From Nitrosopumilaceae archaeon (GTDB lineage Archaea; Thermoproteota; Nitrososphaeria; Nitrososphaerales; Nitrosopumilaceae), in assembly GCA_052389415.1 (NCBI GenBank), contig JBQTHX010000087.1:1-27979 (forward strand): DNA of 27,979 nt. The letters are read 5' to 3'. The position numbers and the translations under genes were made by a program. Of the stretch, positions 1 through 8,434 are shown one piece after another. The notes beneath the pieces were generated by a model. It ran no database searches, was not told where the DNA came from, and worked only from the letters and a program-made list of their open reading frames with translations. Numbering within the stretch: position 1 is the stretch's first letter; every line of letters begins with the position of its first letter.

Positions 1-101
1 CAGAGTTTGGTGCAATAGCAGCTTTGGTACTTGCGGTTGCAATTATATCAATAATTGCTCTTTCTGCAAAGACAAGGCTTAGATTAATGCCAAAATACTA
101 G
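1..101 (+). CDS. 3' end of a PEFG-CTERM sorting-domain surface protein (truncated by window edge)
   Basis: Frame starting at nt 3 reads (P)EFGAIAALVLAVAIISIIALSAKTRLRLMPKY-TAG (stop 99-101): PEFG motif, hydrophobic helix and basic tail, the thaumarchaeal PEFG-CTERM signal. Not in the ORF track. Confidence 0.85.
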   Translation, partial: EFGAIAALVLAVAIISIIALSAKTRLRLMPKY

Positions 102-111
102 GAATTTCAAA

Positions 112-123
112 TTTTTTCTTTTT
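112..123 (+). terminator. oligo-T archaeal terminator candidate
   Basis: TTTTTTCTTTTT run about 10 nt after the PEFG-CTERM stop codon. Confidence 0.45.
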
Positions 124-303
124 AAAACATATAGTGCGATTCAGAATTCATATACTATTTTCAAAGTTGATTTTACATTATTAAAACCATGAAAAAGAAA
201 TGAGGACAGAATCATAGTTTACTACCATATGAGATCTCTTCTTAATTTAAAAAATTAACTAATCTCGTAATATGTAATAATATTATCACAAGTACTTAGA
301 TTA

Positions 304-311
304 TTATATAA
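304..311 (+). promoter_or_regulatory. TATA box for the 331..669 gene
   Basis: TTATATAA about 20 bp upstream of ATG 331. Confidence 0.5.
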
Positions 312-330
312 CTGCAACAAATCAACTAAC

Positions 331-669
331 ATGAATTTTGAATTCGAAGAGTTTAGTTCTCCGGAGGATATTTTTGTATACATGGCAACAATTGCACCTC
401 CCATGAAAAACATGATGCCAATAAACTCTTACAAAGGATATGTTTTTGCCATTATTCCACTTAGTCCTACAACTGGCAATATTTACCTCATGATCTACAC
501 AAAAGGGAAACTTGATGGAAAACTTTTGGAGTTTGACATGAACACGAAAAAATACAGATCTGTAGAATCAGCAGAACGTGCAGACAAGAATTATTTTGTG
601 GTTCTAACACCGAAAAAAAATACAATTGCAGATGCAGCAATAAAGGAATTAGAAAAAAGCGCTACTTAG
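331..669 (+). CDS. hypothetical protein (112 aa)
   Basis: ATG start, upstream TATA box, protein-like composition; no motif recognised. Confidence 0.75.
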   Translation: MNFEFEEFSSPEDIFVYMATIAPPMKNMMPINSYKGYVFAIIPLSPTTGNIYLMIYTKGKLDGKLLEFDMNTKKYRSVESAERADKNYFVVLTPKKNTIADAAIKELEKSAT

Positions 670-2227
670 TATATGCGGGCGCGGTAACAGATCGGCTCCT
701 GGAATATTTTTCCATTATTTCGTCTGGAAGCCTTCCGTTGAAAAGTTCTTTACATAATCCTCTTAGATATCTCATAATCGCCCAGGTACCTGCCTTTATC
801 ATTCCATACATTATCAATTTCATTGGAGGTCCAAAAGACTTGTTCCTAATTATTATGGGAATTATATCATTTATAACGCGTAAATTATGCTCCCAACACC
901 TCCAGAATAATGTGAATTGAGCTTCGTTTAGATTACCAAAGTGCATTGAATTCTTTTCATTAAAGTCTTGATATAGTAAAGGAGCAACCAGACCACGCAT
1001 TCGCGTTTGTTTGAAATCATCTATCAAATCAATAGTGTACTTTGTTTCATCAGGAGTTTCATCTGGCCATCCGATAATCAAGGTTGCTGCAGGGAACCAG
1101 TGGTTCTGATTGAGTATTTTTGCACCTTCTCTTACAACCCATCCCCATTCGTCTGTAGAGAATGGTTTTGTCTTTACTCCAAGATGTTTTTTGACCATTC
1201 TTGGCGCAACTGTTTCTATACCCAAGTTAGTTGCTAGCCATTTTTCGTTGCTCATTCCATTGATTTCAGACATATCATGAAGTAATTTGGGGTCTGCACA
1301 AACTGCAGAAAATGTCATATGCGTTGTGCCAACAAATCTAGCACCAAGTGATTTCAATCCTCTCCACAATTCAACAATTGCATCGTAATTTGGCTGAAAA
1401 TCTTTATTTTCACAACCGTAAAGAAGCATTTCGTCAGAATGCAGCCAAATTGAATCAAATCCATAATTGAGATTTATTTTTGCCTCATGCTGTAGTCTTT
1501 CTAGTGGTAGATCTTTTTTGGATCTCTTATTTACATCACAAAAATCACAGCCTCTTCCGCATCCCCGCATTGCTTCTATAAGTGAATTTACTGTGGGACC
1601 CTGAATAATTGGTATGTTTTGAATATTCTTTACAAAACAATGCATTAGTTCTGGAGCATCACCTCTTTCTAGATCATGAAATAGATCAAGTGCAAGTTCA
1701 TCCGCTTCACCTACTACCACGGTGTCAATTCCATGAATCTTCATCCTATCAGATTTTGCTAGCTCCCATGCGCCATTTCCTCCTACAACTACTTGAAAAT
1801 TATATTTTTTCTTTAACTGAATTATGTTTGCGCACATTCTTTTGAACTTCATCGCAACATACGATAGTTTTTCTGGAGACATTGTAGTCGTCACTGGCGC
1901 CATACCAAGAGGATCCATTACATTGATTCCTACAACCTTAGTATCTGGACCAATACAGTTTGCAAGATAATCCGGTTGCGCAACAAATACTTCATCTCTT
2001 TTATATCCCTGGAGTAGAGCGCTCTCCACTCTCCTTAATCCAACTTGAGCAACTTTGGCTTCACCGGTTACCTTGTCAGTTTCTACACTAGGACAAAAGA
2101 CCTTGTCAAATACCCATTCGGGAAGAACTTCATATGGTCCGCATGCAATAAACCCGTATAGAAAGTTACCACGATAATTAGTCATGAGACTTCGGTCAGC
2201 TGTAAGAACTATTCTCTTTCCTGCCAT
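662..2227 (-). CDS. cobalamin-binding radical SAM enzyme, possible GDGT ring synthase (Grs)-family member
   Basis: CxxxCxxC (RGCGRGCDFC); N-terminal B12-binding-like domain (VVVGGNGA..., DTVVVGEAD); N-terminal VLTADRSLM...GLRRVESAL pattern of this archaeal family. Radical SAM call is firm, Grs assignment is inference. Confidence 0.85.
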   Translation of the reverse strand: MAGKRIVLTADRSLMTNYRGNFLYGFIACGPYEVLPEWVFDKVFCPSVETDKVTGEAKVAQVGLRRVESALLQGYKRDEVFVAQPDYLANCIGPDTKVVGINVMDPLGMAPVTTTMSPEKLSYVAMKFKRMCANIIQLKKKYNFQVVVGGNGAWELAKSDRMKIHGIDTVVVGEADELALDLFHDLERGDAPELMHCFVKNIQNIPIIQGPTVNSLIEAMRGCGRGCDFCDVNKRSKKDLPLERLQHEAKINLNYGFDSIWLHSDEMLLYGCENKDFQPNYDAIVELWRGLKSLGARFVGTTHMTFSAVCADPKLLHDMSEINGMSNEKWLATNLGIETVAPRMVKKHLGVKTKPFSTDEWGWVVREGAKILNQNHWFPAATLIIGWPDETPDETKYTIDLIDDFKQTRMRGLVAPLLYQDFNEKNSMHFGNLNEAQFTLFWRCWEHNLRVINDIIPIIIRNKSFGPPMKLIMYGMIKAGTWAIMRYLRGLCKELFNGRLPDEIMEKYSRSRSVTAPAYTK

Positions 2228-2253
2228 TTTCTGGTACTATCTCCTTGTGCTAA

Positions 2254-2261
2254 GATATAAA
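2254..2261 (-). promoter_or_regulatory. TATA box for the radical SAM gene
   Basis: TTTATATC on the minus strand about 27 bp upstream of ATG 2227. Confidence 0.5.
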
Positions 2262-2315
2262 TCGTTTACGACAAGACTTTTGAAATGCCTCGTCATTTGA
2301 ACTATAAAGTGAGAC

Positions 2316-3038
2316 ATGTTGAAAGACGTAATTGAACCACGACACGTAGAACGACACCAGACTGAGACAAGTGCAATTAGAGATTTTGTCTTTGGTTTTG
2401 GGGATGGAATAAACACTTCATTGGGTTTGGTTGCAGGGGTTGGTGGTGCCGAAGCTTCATCAAACATAATCATACTTGCTGCACTGGTGGCCATGTTTAC
2501 TGGTGCAAAGGCTATGGCAGTTCAAAATTATCTTGCAGTAAAATCACAAAGAGAGATTCTAAATTCTGAGATAGAGCGAGAAAAATGGGAAATGGAAAAT
2601 GTTCCGGAGAAGGAAAAAAAAGAAATCGAAGACATCTACAAGGCAAAGGGATTTTCTGGAACAGAATTAGACAGTATTGTAAATAAGATAACATCGGACA
2701 GAAAAGTGTGGCTAGAGACTATGCTAACTGAAGAATTAAAATTGAATTTAGAAATTATTGGCAGTCCACTAAAAAGTGCATTAAGGATGTTTGGTTCTTT
2801 TTTGATAGGAGGAATATTACCAATCATCCCATATTTTTTTGCAGATGGATACATTCCTCTTTTTATTGCCATAGGAACTAGTCTTTCGGCATCCTTTGCC
2901 ATCGGAGCCATAAAATCAAAAATGGCAAATCTTAACATGATAAAAGGCGGATTAGAAATGGCAGGACTTGGAACCGGGATTGCACTTTTAGGTTATGGAT
3001 TAGGTGCAGAATTATCAGATCTTGGAATAATCACATAG
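2316..3038 (+). CDS. VIT1/CCC1 family Fe/Mn transporter
   Basis: RDFVFGFGDG first helix, AMAVQNYL, Glu-rich cytosolic domain (EIEREKWE...EKKEIEDIY...TEEL), GGILPIIPY, about 5 TM helices. Confidence 0.9.
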   Translation: MLKDVIEPRHVERHQTETSAIRDFVFGFGDGINTSLGLVAGVGGAEASSNIIILAALVAMFTGAKAMAVQNYLAVKSQREILNSEIEREKWEMENVPEKEKKEIEDIYKAKGFSGTELDSIVNKITSDRKVWLETMLTEELKLNLEIIGSPLKSALRMFGSFLIGGILPIIPYFFADGYIPLFIAIGTSLSASFAIGAIKSKMANLNMIKGGLEMAGLGTGIALLGYGLGAELSDLGIIT

Positions 3039-3810
3039 TCTTTTTTCTTTTAGACCTATTAGCTATGTTAGATGCAATAGCACCAGCACCTATTCCGTTA
3101 TCTATATTCACTACTGACAAACCAAGAGTACAACTTTGTAACATAGATGCAAGAGCAGCTATTCCCTTTTCACCATAACCATATCCTACTGAAGATGGTA
3201 CCCCTATTACAGGAATATCAACTAGTGATGAGACAATAGATGCAAGAGCACCTTCCATCCCAGCTACCACTATGAGTGCATCGACATCTTCTTTTATCAT
3301 TTTTCTGATGATGGGAAATATCCGATGTAATCCGGCTATGCCAACATCGTGGCTAGAAATACATGTACATCCCATAGCTTCACACATCAATCTTGCCTCC
3401 TCGGCAACACCAATGTCTGAGGTACCTGCTGTCAATATTCCTATTTTGCCGCCAGATTGGTGTATAATATTTTTAAAAAAAAGAATGGACGTAGTTTTTT
3501 TTCCAATTCTTGTCTTTAATTTATTTTTTTTTGAGAATGTAAGAATCTTCTGATAATCATCTTTATTTATACGCGAAACCAAAACGTAACCAGTTCTCTT
3601 TATTGCTGCAAGTATTATTTTTTTTATTTCTGTAATTTGTTTTTTTTCAGCAAATATAACCTCAGGAATTCCACGTCTGAGTTTTCTTCCAACATCAAGT
3701 TTTGCAAAATCCTCTATTTTTTCTATAGAGTAAATAGAAAGCATTCTCTTTGCTTGAGATGTTGTTATCTTGCCTAGTTTTAGTGATTCCAAGATTTGTG
3801 TTAAATCCAA
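3031..3810 (-). CDS. larB: nickel-pincer cofactor biosynthesis carboxylase/hydrolase LarB (PurE-like)
   Basis: RRGIPEVIFAE, TAGTSD, DVGIAGLHR, VAGMEGAL, PSSVGYG, MLQSC...VVNIDNG motifs; TTG start. Confidence 0.92.
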   Translation of the reverse strand: MDLTQILESLKLGKITTSQAKRMLSIYSIEKIEDFAKLDVGRKLRRGIPEVIFAEKKQITEIKKIILAAIKRTGYVLVSRINKDDYQKILTFSKKNKLKTRIGKKTTSILFFKNIIHQSGGKIGILTAGTSDIGVAEEARLMCEAMGCTCISSHDVGIAGLHRIFPIIRKMIKEDVDALIVVAGMEGALASIVSSLVDIPVIGVPSSVGYGYGEKGIAALASMLQSCTLGLSVVNIDNGIGAGAIASNIANRSKRKKTM

Positions 3811-3847
3811 GTATTATCTCTAATATTGCATCCTGTTAAAAATTTAA

Positions 3848-4762
3848 TCAGAGTGCGATACTAGAAATGCCATTTTTAACGCTATCAACTCCTTTTTTGA
3901 ACCAATCCTTTTCGTTAGAGTCAAGATCAAGTTCAATTATTTTTTCTACTCCGTTCTTACCAATTACAGCTGGCACACCGATTGAAACGTCCGAATAACC
4001 ATATTCGCCGTCAAGATAAGTCGCAACTGGAATAACTTGTTTTTTATCTCTAGTAACAGCTTCTATGATTGTTGAAATTGCATTTCCTGGAGCATGTACT
4101 GTTGCACCCTTTAATTCAATTACCTTAGCTGCAACCTGCCTAGTTTTTTCGACAATCTCATCAATTTTTTGCTTTGGTAGTAAGGAAACAAGAGGAATTC
4201 CCTCGACAGTCGAATACTTTGCAAGAGGCAACATGTTTTCTCCATGTTCACCAATCACTAGCGACCGAATTGAAGTGCGTGAAAAACCAGTTGCTTCATG
4301 AATGAATTGTTTGAATCTTGAAAGATCAAGCATGTTACCCATCCCAAATATTCGATTTTTTTCAAATCCTGATGTTTTGTATGCCAGATAAGCCATGGGA
4401 TCAAGTGGATTTGTTACTGGAACAATCATAGAATCATTTGCGTATTTTTTTATATTCTCAACAACTCCTTTCACTATAGAGGCATTTATTTTTAGAAGAT
4501 CCATTCTTGTCATCCCAGGCTTTCGTCCAGAACCAGCAACTACAACTACAATATCAGAACCTTTCATTTCAGAATAATCGTTTGAACCTCGAATAGTAAC
4601 ATCTATTCCTTGTTCTGAAAGCATATGGTTTAGGTCCATAGCTTCCCCCTGTGGAAGACCCTGAACAATATCTAACAAAAGAATTTCATCGGAAAGTTTT
4701 TTGATAGCGGAAAAAAGTGCAGCCGCTCCGCCCACCTTTCCAGCACCAATAATAGTGATCAT
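3848..4762 (-). CDS. mdh: LDH-like malate dehydrogenase
   Basis: GAGKVG Rossmann motif, [10 protein letters not shown] malate-specific loop, VTNPLD, GEHG. Start moved to ATG 4762 (MITIIGAG), which has TTTAATTA about 22 bp upstream. Confidence 0.95.
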   Translation of the reverse strand: MITIIGAGKVGGAAALFSAIKKLSDEILLLDIVQGLPQGEAMDLNHMLSEQGIDVTIRGSNDYSEMKGSDIVVVVAGSGRKPGMTRMDLLKINASIVKGVVENIKKYANDSMIVPVTNPLDPMAYLAYKTSGFEKNRIFGMGNMLDLSRFKQFIHEATGFSRTSIRSLVIGEHGENMLPLAKYSTVEGIPLVSLLPKQKIDEIVEKTRQVAAKVIELKGATVHAPGNAISTIIEAVTRDKKQVIPVATYLDGEYGYSDVSIGVPAVIGKNGVEKIIELDLDSNEKDWFKKGVDSVKNGISSIAL

Positions 4763-4823
4763 AAGAGGCGTAATTCTAATCACTAATTAAACTTCACGAT
4801 TTTTGTTTACAAAAATTTGAGTG

Positions 4824-5027
4824 TTAAGAAACGATCTCTAACACTTTGCGTTTGAGCAATCTCTTTCTAATCTCTACCTTAGTATCCATGTATCCATAGA
4901 TTGGACGAAGTCCTGGATTGTGTTGTAATTCTTTATTGATCATCTTTCTTGGCACTTTGATTTCAGAGTATGATAATCCCAGTTCTCTTTGCGCAATTAT
5001 TTGTCTGTAATCTCCGATAATACACAT
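4824..5027 (-). CDS. small basic hypothetical protein (67 aa)
   Basis: Stand-alone ORF in an otherwise intergenic gap; ATG start with TTTATATA on the minus strand about 24 bp upstream. Confidence 0.6.
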   Translation of the reverse strand: MCIIGDYRQIIAQRELGLSYSEIKVPRKMINKELQHNPGLRPIYGYMDTKVEIRKRLLKRKVLEIVS

Positions 5028-5050
5028 TGAAAATAATTATGTCCAACAAT

Positions 5051-5058
5051 TATATAAA
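5051..5058 (-). promoter_or_regulatory. TATA box for the 67-aa ORF
   Basis: TTTATATA on the minus strand about 24 bp before ATG 5027. Confidence 0.5.
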
Positions 5059-5210
5059 TATAATTTTCAAAAATTAGAAATTTTTTAATTTTGAAAAGAA
5101 ATACTGGTATTATTTATAGCGTTATCGTGATTAACATATTTATTTTACATATATGAACCAATATGGCTATTAGTTAATTAAAGAGTAGAATAATCAGGTC
5201 GGAATTACAA

Positions 5211-5218
5211 TTTATATT
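5211..5218 (+). promoter_or_regulatory. TATA box for larC-larE-iscS
   Basis: TTTATATT about 24 bp upstream of ATG 5242. Confidence 0.5.
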
Positions 5219-5241
5219 CATTTTAAGGGGTTTTCATTCCA

Positions 5242-6474
5242 ATGGTCGTAATAATTGATTCGCAGATAGCTGGGATTTCAGGAGATATGTTATTGTCCAC
5301 CCTAATAGACTTGGGAGCAAGAAAGTCAAAAGTGATTGATGGTATTTACATAGCTGAAAAATATCTTGTTGATTCTAAAATACAACAAATTGACTTCCAA
5401 AAAACTGTAAAACATGGAATTGAAGCAACTCAGCTTTTGCTTCAAATAAATGAAACCAAAAGTGAACGAAGAGGTATTGAAATTCTGGAATGCATTACAT
5501 CTGTTTCAGATAAGATAGACCTTTCTGAGAGTGCAAAAGTTTTTGCAAGAGAAACCATAAGAACTTTGATAAACGCAGAATCAAAGATACATGGTGAATC
5601 TACAGAATCAGTTCATTTTCATGAGGCATCTGGTATTGACACAGTTGTTGATATAATAGGAACTGCCATAGCATTAGACGATCTAGATTTTTTTTCTGAG
5701 GAAATAATATCCACTCCAGTAGCAGTCGGTGGTGGAACACTTAATTTTTCACACGGAACAGTATCAAACCCAGCTAGTGCAATTTTAGAAATTTTTAAAA
5801 ATTCAAATATTGCAATAGTTGGAGGCCAAACAAAAGATGAGCTAACTACTCCAACTGGTGCCGCCTTACTTGTAAATTTAACAAAAAGTTGTTCAGAGTT
5901 TTATCCTTCTTTAAAAGTAGGATCAATAGGATATGGTGCTGGTAAAAAGAATTTCGAAGGATTTTCTAATGTACTAAAGATCCTAAAAGGAGAAAAAACT
6001 GAACATTTTCAACAGGATTCTGTACAGATACTTGAGACAAACATAGATGATGTCTCAGGCGAGGTTTTTGGAAATTTAATTGAAAAGATCATGTCTGCAG
6101 GCGCCAAGGATATCACTATAACTCCTGCTATAACTAAAAAGAATAGGCCCACTCATATCGTATCTGTGATTTGCGATCCCCAAAGTGTAAACACCATACT
6201 TGAAACTCTTGTGTCAGAAACTGGAACGTTAGGAGTAAGAATTCGAAATTCCTCAAGATATATTGTACCAAGAGTCATAATCACAGTGCCTGTAGAAATT
6301 CAGCAAAGAAACTTTGTAGTAAAATGTAAGTTAGTGAAACATGGTGATGTTGTTAAACACATCAAAGTTGAATCTTCAGATATTAAATTAATATCAGACT
6401 CGCTTTCAATGTCATTTACAGATGTGAATGATATTGTTAGATCACAAGTTAGGCAAAAAATCGGTGTAAAATGA
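5242..6474 (+). CDS. larC: nickel-pincer cofactor nickel insertase LarC
   Basis: GISGDMLL, AESKIHG...VHFHE, ELTTPTGAA, GYGAG, LETNIDD, KKNRP, ETGTLGVR motifs. Confidence 0.93.
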   Translation: MVVIIDSQIAGISGDMLLSTLIDLGARKSKVIDGIYIAEKYLVDSKIQQIDFQKTVKHGIEATQLLLQINETKSERRGIEILECITSVSDKIDLSESAKVFARETIRTLINAESKIHGESTESVHFHEASGIDTVVDIIGTAIALDDLDFFSEEIISTPVAVGGGTLNFSHGTVSNPASAILEIFKNSNIAIVGGQTKDELTTPTGAALLVNLTKSCSEFYPSLKVGSIGYGAGKKNFEGFSNVLKILKGEKTEHFQQDSVQILETNIDDVSGEVFGNLIEKIMSAGAKDITITPAITKKNRPTHIVSVICDPQSVNTILETLVSETGTLGVRIRNSSRYIVPRVIITVPVEIQQRNFVVKCKLVKHGDVVKHIKVESSDIKLISDSLSMSFTDVNDIVRSQVRQKIGVK

Positions 6475-7271
6475 CACATCTTGATGAGTTGATTCAATGG
6501 TTTGATAATAGACGTAATGTTTTAGTTGCTCTCTCAGGTGGAGTCGACAGTGCACTTGTTGCATTTGCAGCTTATCAATCCCTAGGAGCATCATCCATGG
6601 CAGTTACCGCAGATTATAAAACTCTATCAAGAGATGAATTAGAATCTGCAAAAAAAATTTGTTCTGAGATAGGCATACGTCACGCAATAATCGAATACAA
6701 TGAGCTTGAAAATGATGAGTTTGTTAAAAATGATAAGAATCGATGCTTTCATTGTAGAACTGAATTAGCTTCTTACCTAAAAGAAGTTGCAAGAAAAGAA
6801 GGATTTCAGAACATTGTGGATGGTACAAACTTAGACGATCTTAGGGATTACAGACCTGGAATTGCGGCACTGAGGGAAAATGAAGTGAAAAGTCCACTAG
6901 TAGAAACAGGTTTTACAAAAGAGATGGTAAGAGAGTATGCAAAAAGCGTAGGTTTGTCCGTTTATGACAGACCTTCAAATTCCTGTCTTGCCTCACGCAT
7001 ACCATGGGGACAAAAAATAACTGCAGAACGTCTTGCACGAATAGAAATTGGAGAAAGCATGATTAAACAATGGTTTGGTGTAAAACAGGTACGTTTGCGT
7101 GACTTGGATGGAACCGCAAAAATTGAAGTAATGCCTGAAGAAATCAGAATATTGTTGGATAAAAATAAACTTACAAAATTAGAATCGGAGCTAAAAAAGA
7201 TAGGATTCACAAATGTAGTTGTAGATCCTGATGGATATAGATCAGGTAAGCTAAATGTGATAATGGATTGA
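6471..7271 (+). CDS. larE: ATP-dependent sulfur transferase LarE (PP-loop, CxxC...C type)
   Basis: SGGVDS PP-loop, RCFHCR, DGTNLDD, DYRPG, SNSCLASR; ATGA overlap with the larC stop. Confidence 0.92.
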   Translation: MTHLDELIQWFDNRRNVLVALSGGVDSALVAFAAYQSLGASSMAVTADYKTLSRDELESAKKICSEIGIRHAIIEYNELENDEFVKNDKNRCFHCRTELASYLKEVARKEGFQNIVDGTNLDDLRDYRPGIAALRENEVKSPLVETGFTKEMVREYAKSVGLSVYDRPSNSCLASRIPWGQKITAERLARIEIGESMIKQWFGVKQVRLRDLDGTAKIEVMPEEIRILLDKNKLTKLESELKKIGFTNVVVDPDGYRSGKLNVIMD

Positions 7272-8425
7272 TATATCTTGATAACGCAGCTTCAACCCAA
7301 GTACACGAGAAAGTATTAGATGAAATGCTTCCTTATTTCAAGGAACATTTTGGTAATCCATCTTCAATTCATAAGCATGGAAGACTTGCTTCTATTGCAA
7401 TTCAAAATGCTAGAAAAAGAATCGCAGCATTGATAAATGCGGAACCGGCGGAAATTCTTCTAACCTCTGGGGGAACGGAATCAAATAACACCGCACTTTA
7501 TGGTATTACACACAAGAAAAAAGGAAAACATGTAATTACATCTTTAATTGAACATGATGCCATACTAGAACCATGCAAGTGTCTTGAAAGAGAGGGATTT
7601 TGTATTACATATCTTCCTGTAGACAAGTACGGTCTTGTAAATCCCGAGGATGCTAGAAGAGAGATCTCTGATGACACATGTCTGATTAGTATAATGCTTG
7701 CAAATAACGAGGTTGGAACTGTTCAACCAATCAAAGAGGTTTGTAGGATTGCACATGAAAAGAATATTCTGGTGCATACAGATGCTGTTCAAGCAGTAGG
7801 AAAGATCCCAATAGATGTAAAGGATCTCGATGTAGATTTGCTATCTATCTCCTCTCATAAGATAAACGGACCAAAAGGAGTTGGTGCACTATATGTTAAG
7901 ACTGGTATAGAATTAGACCCCATTATTCTCGGAGGAGGACAAGAAAATGGTCTAAGATCAGGCACAGAAAACGTTCCAAACATTGTAGGATTTGGAAAAG
8001 CATGCCAACTGGCCAAAGAAAACATGATACAAAATGAGGAATGTTTTGTGACATTGTCTACAAAGCTTAGATCAAGAATATTACAAGAAATTTCCCATGT
8101 TACCTTTAATGGACATCCAGAAAAAAGAATACCTAACAATACTCATTTTACATTTCTTGGTGTTAACGGTGAAGATTTGATAATAAAGCTTGACGAGAAT
8201 AATATTGCAGCATCTACGGGATCAGCATGTTCTGTCAGAATACAAAAAGCATCACATGTTCTCAAGGCAATGGGTTTTTCTCATGAACAAATTGCTGGTT
8301 CTTTGCGTTTAACAATAGGGGTGTCAAATACAGAAAAAGAAATCGATGATACCGTTGAAGTATTAAAAAAAATTGTTAATGAGTTGCGGGCAGTATCACC
8401 TTATAAAGAAAAATATCACTTTTAG
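7268..8425 (+). CDS. iscS: cysteine desulfurase (IscS/NifS type)
   Basis: IYLDNAAST, GNPSS, TSGGTESNN, HTDAVQ, SSHK (PLP Lys), RSGTEN, STGSAC (catalytic Cys); TTG start overlapping the larE stop (TTGA). Confidence 0.92.
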   Translation: MIYLDNAASTQVHEKVLDEMLPYFKEHFGNPSSIHKHGRLASIAIQNARKRIAALINAEPAEILLTSGGTESNNTALYGITHKKKGKHVITSLIEHDAILEPCKCLEREGFCITYLPVDKYGLVNPEDARREISDDTCLISIMLANNEVGTVQPIKEVCRIAHEKNILVHTDAVQAVGKIPIDVKDLDVDLLSISSHKINGPKGVGALYVKTGIELDPIILGGGQENGLRSGTENVPNIVGFGKACQLAKENMIQNEECFVTLSTKLRSRILQEISHVTFNGHPEKRIPNNTHFTFLGVNGEDLIIKLDENNIAASTGSACSVRIQKASHVLKAMGFSHEQIAGSLRLTIGVSNTEKEIDDTVEVLKKIVNELRAVSPYKEKYHF

Positions 8426-8434
8426 ATATTGAAC

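Noticed and set aside
102-330. AT-rich gap as ncRNA, small ORF or replication origin
   Set aside because: Only very short ORFs, no convincing hairpin, no ORB-like repeats and no cdc6 nearby.
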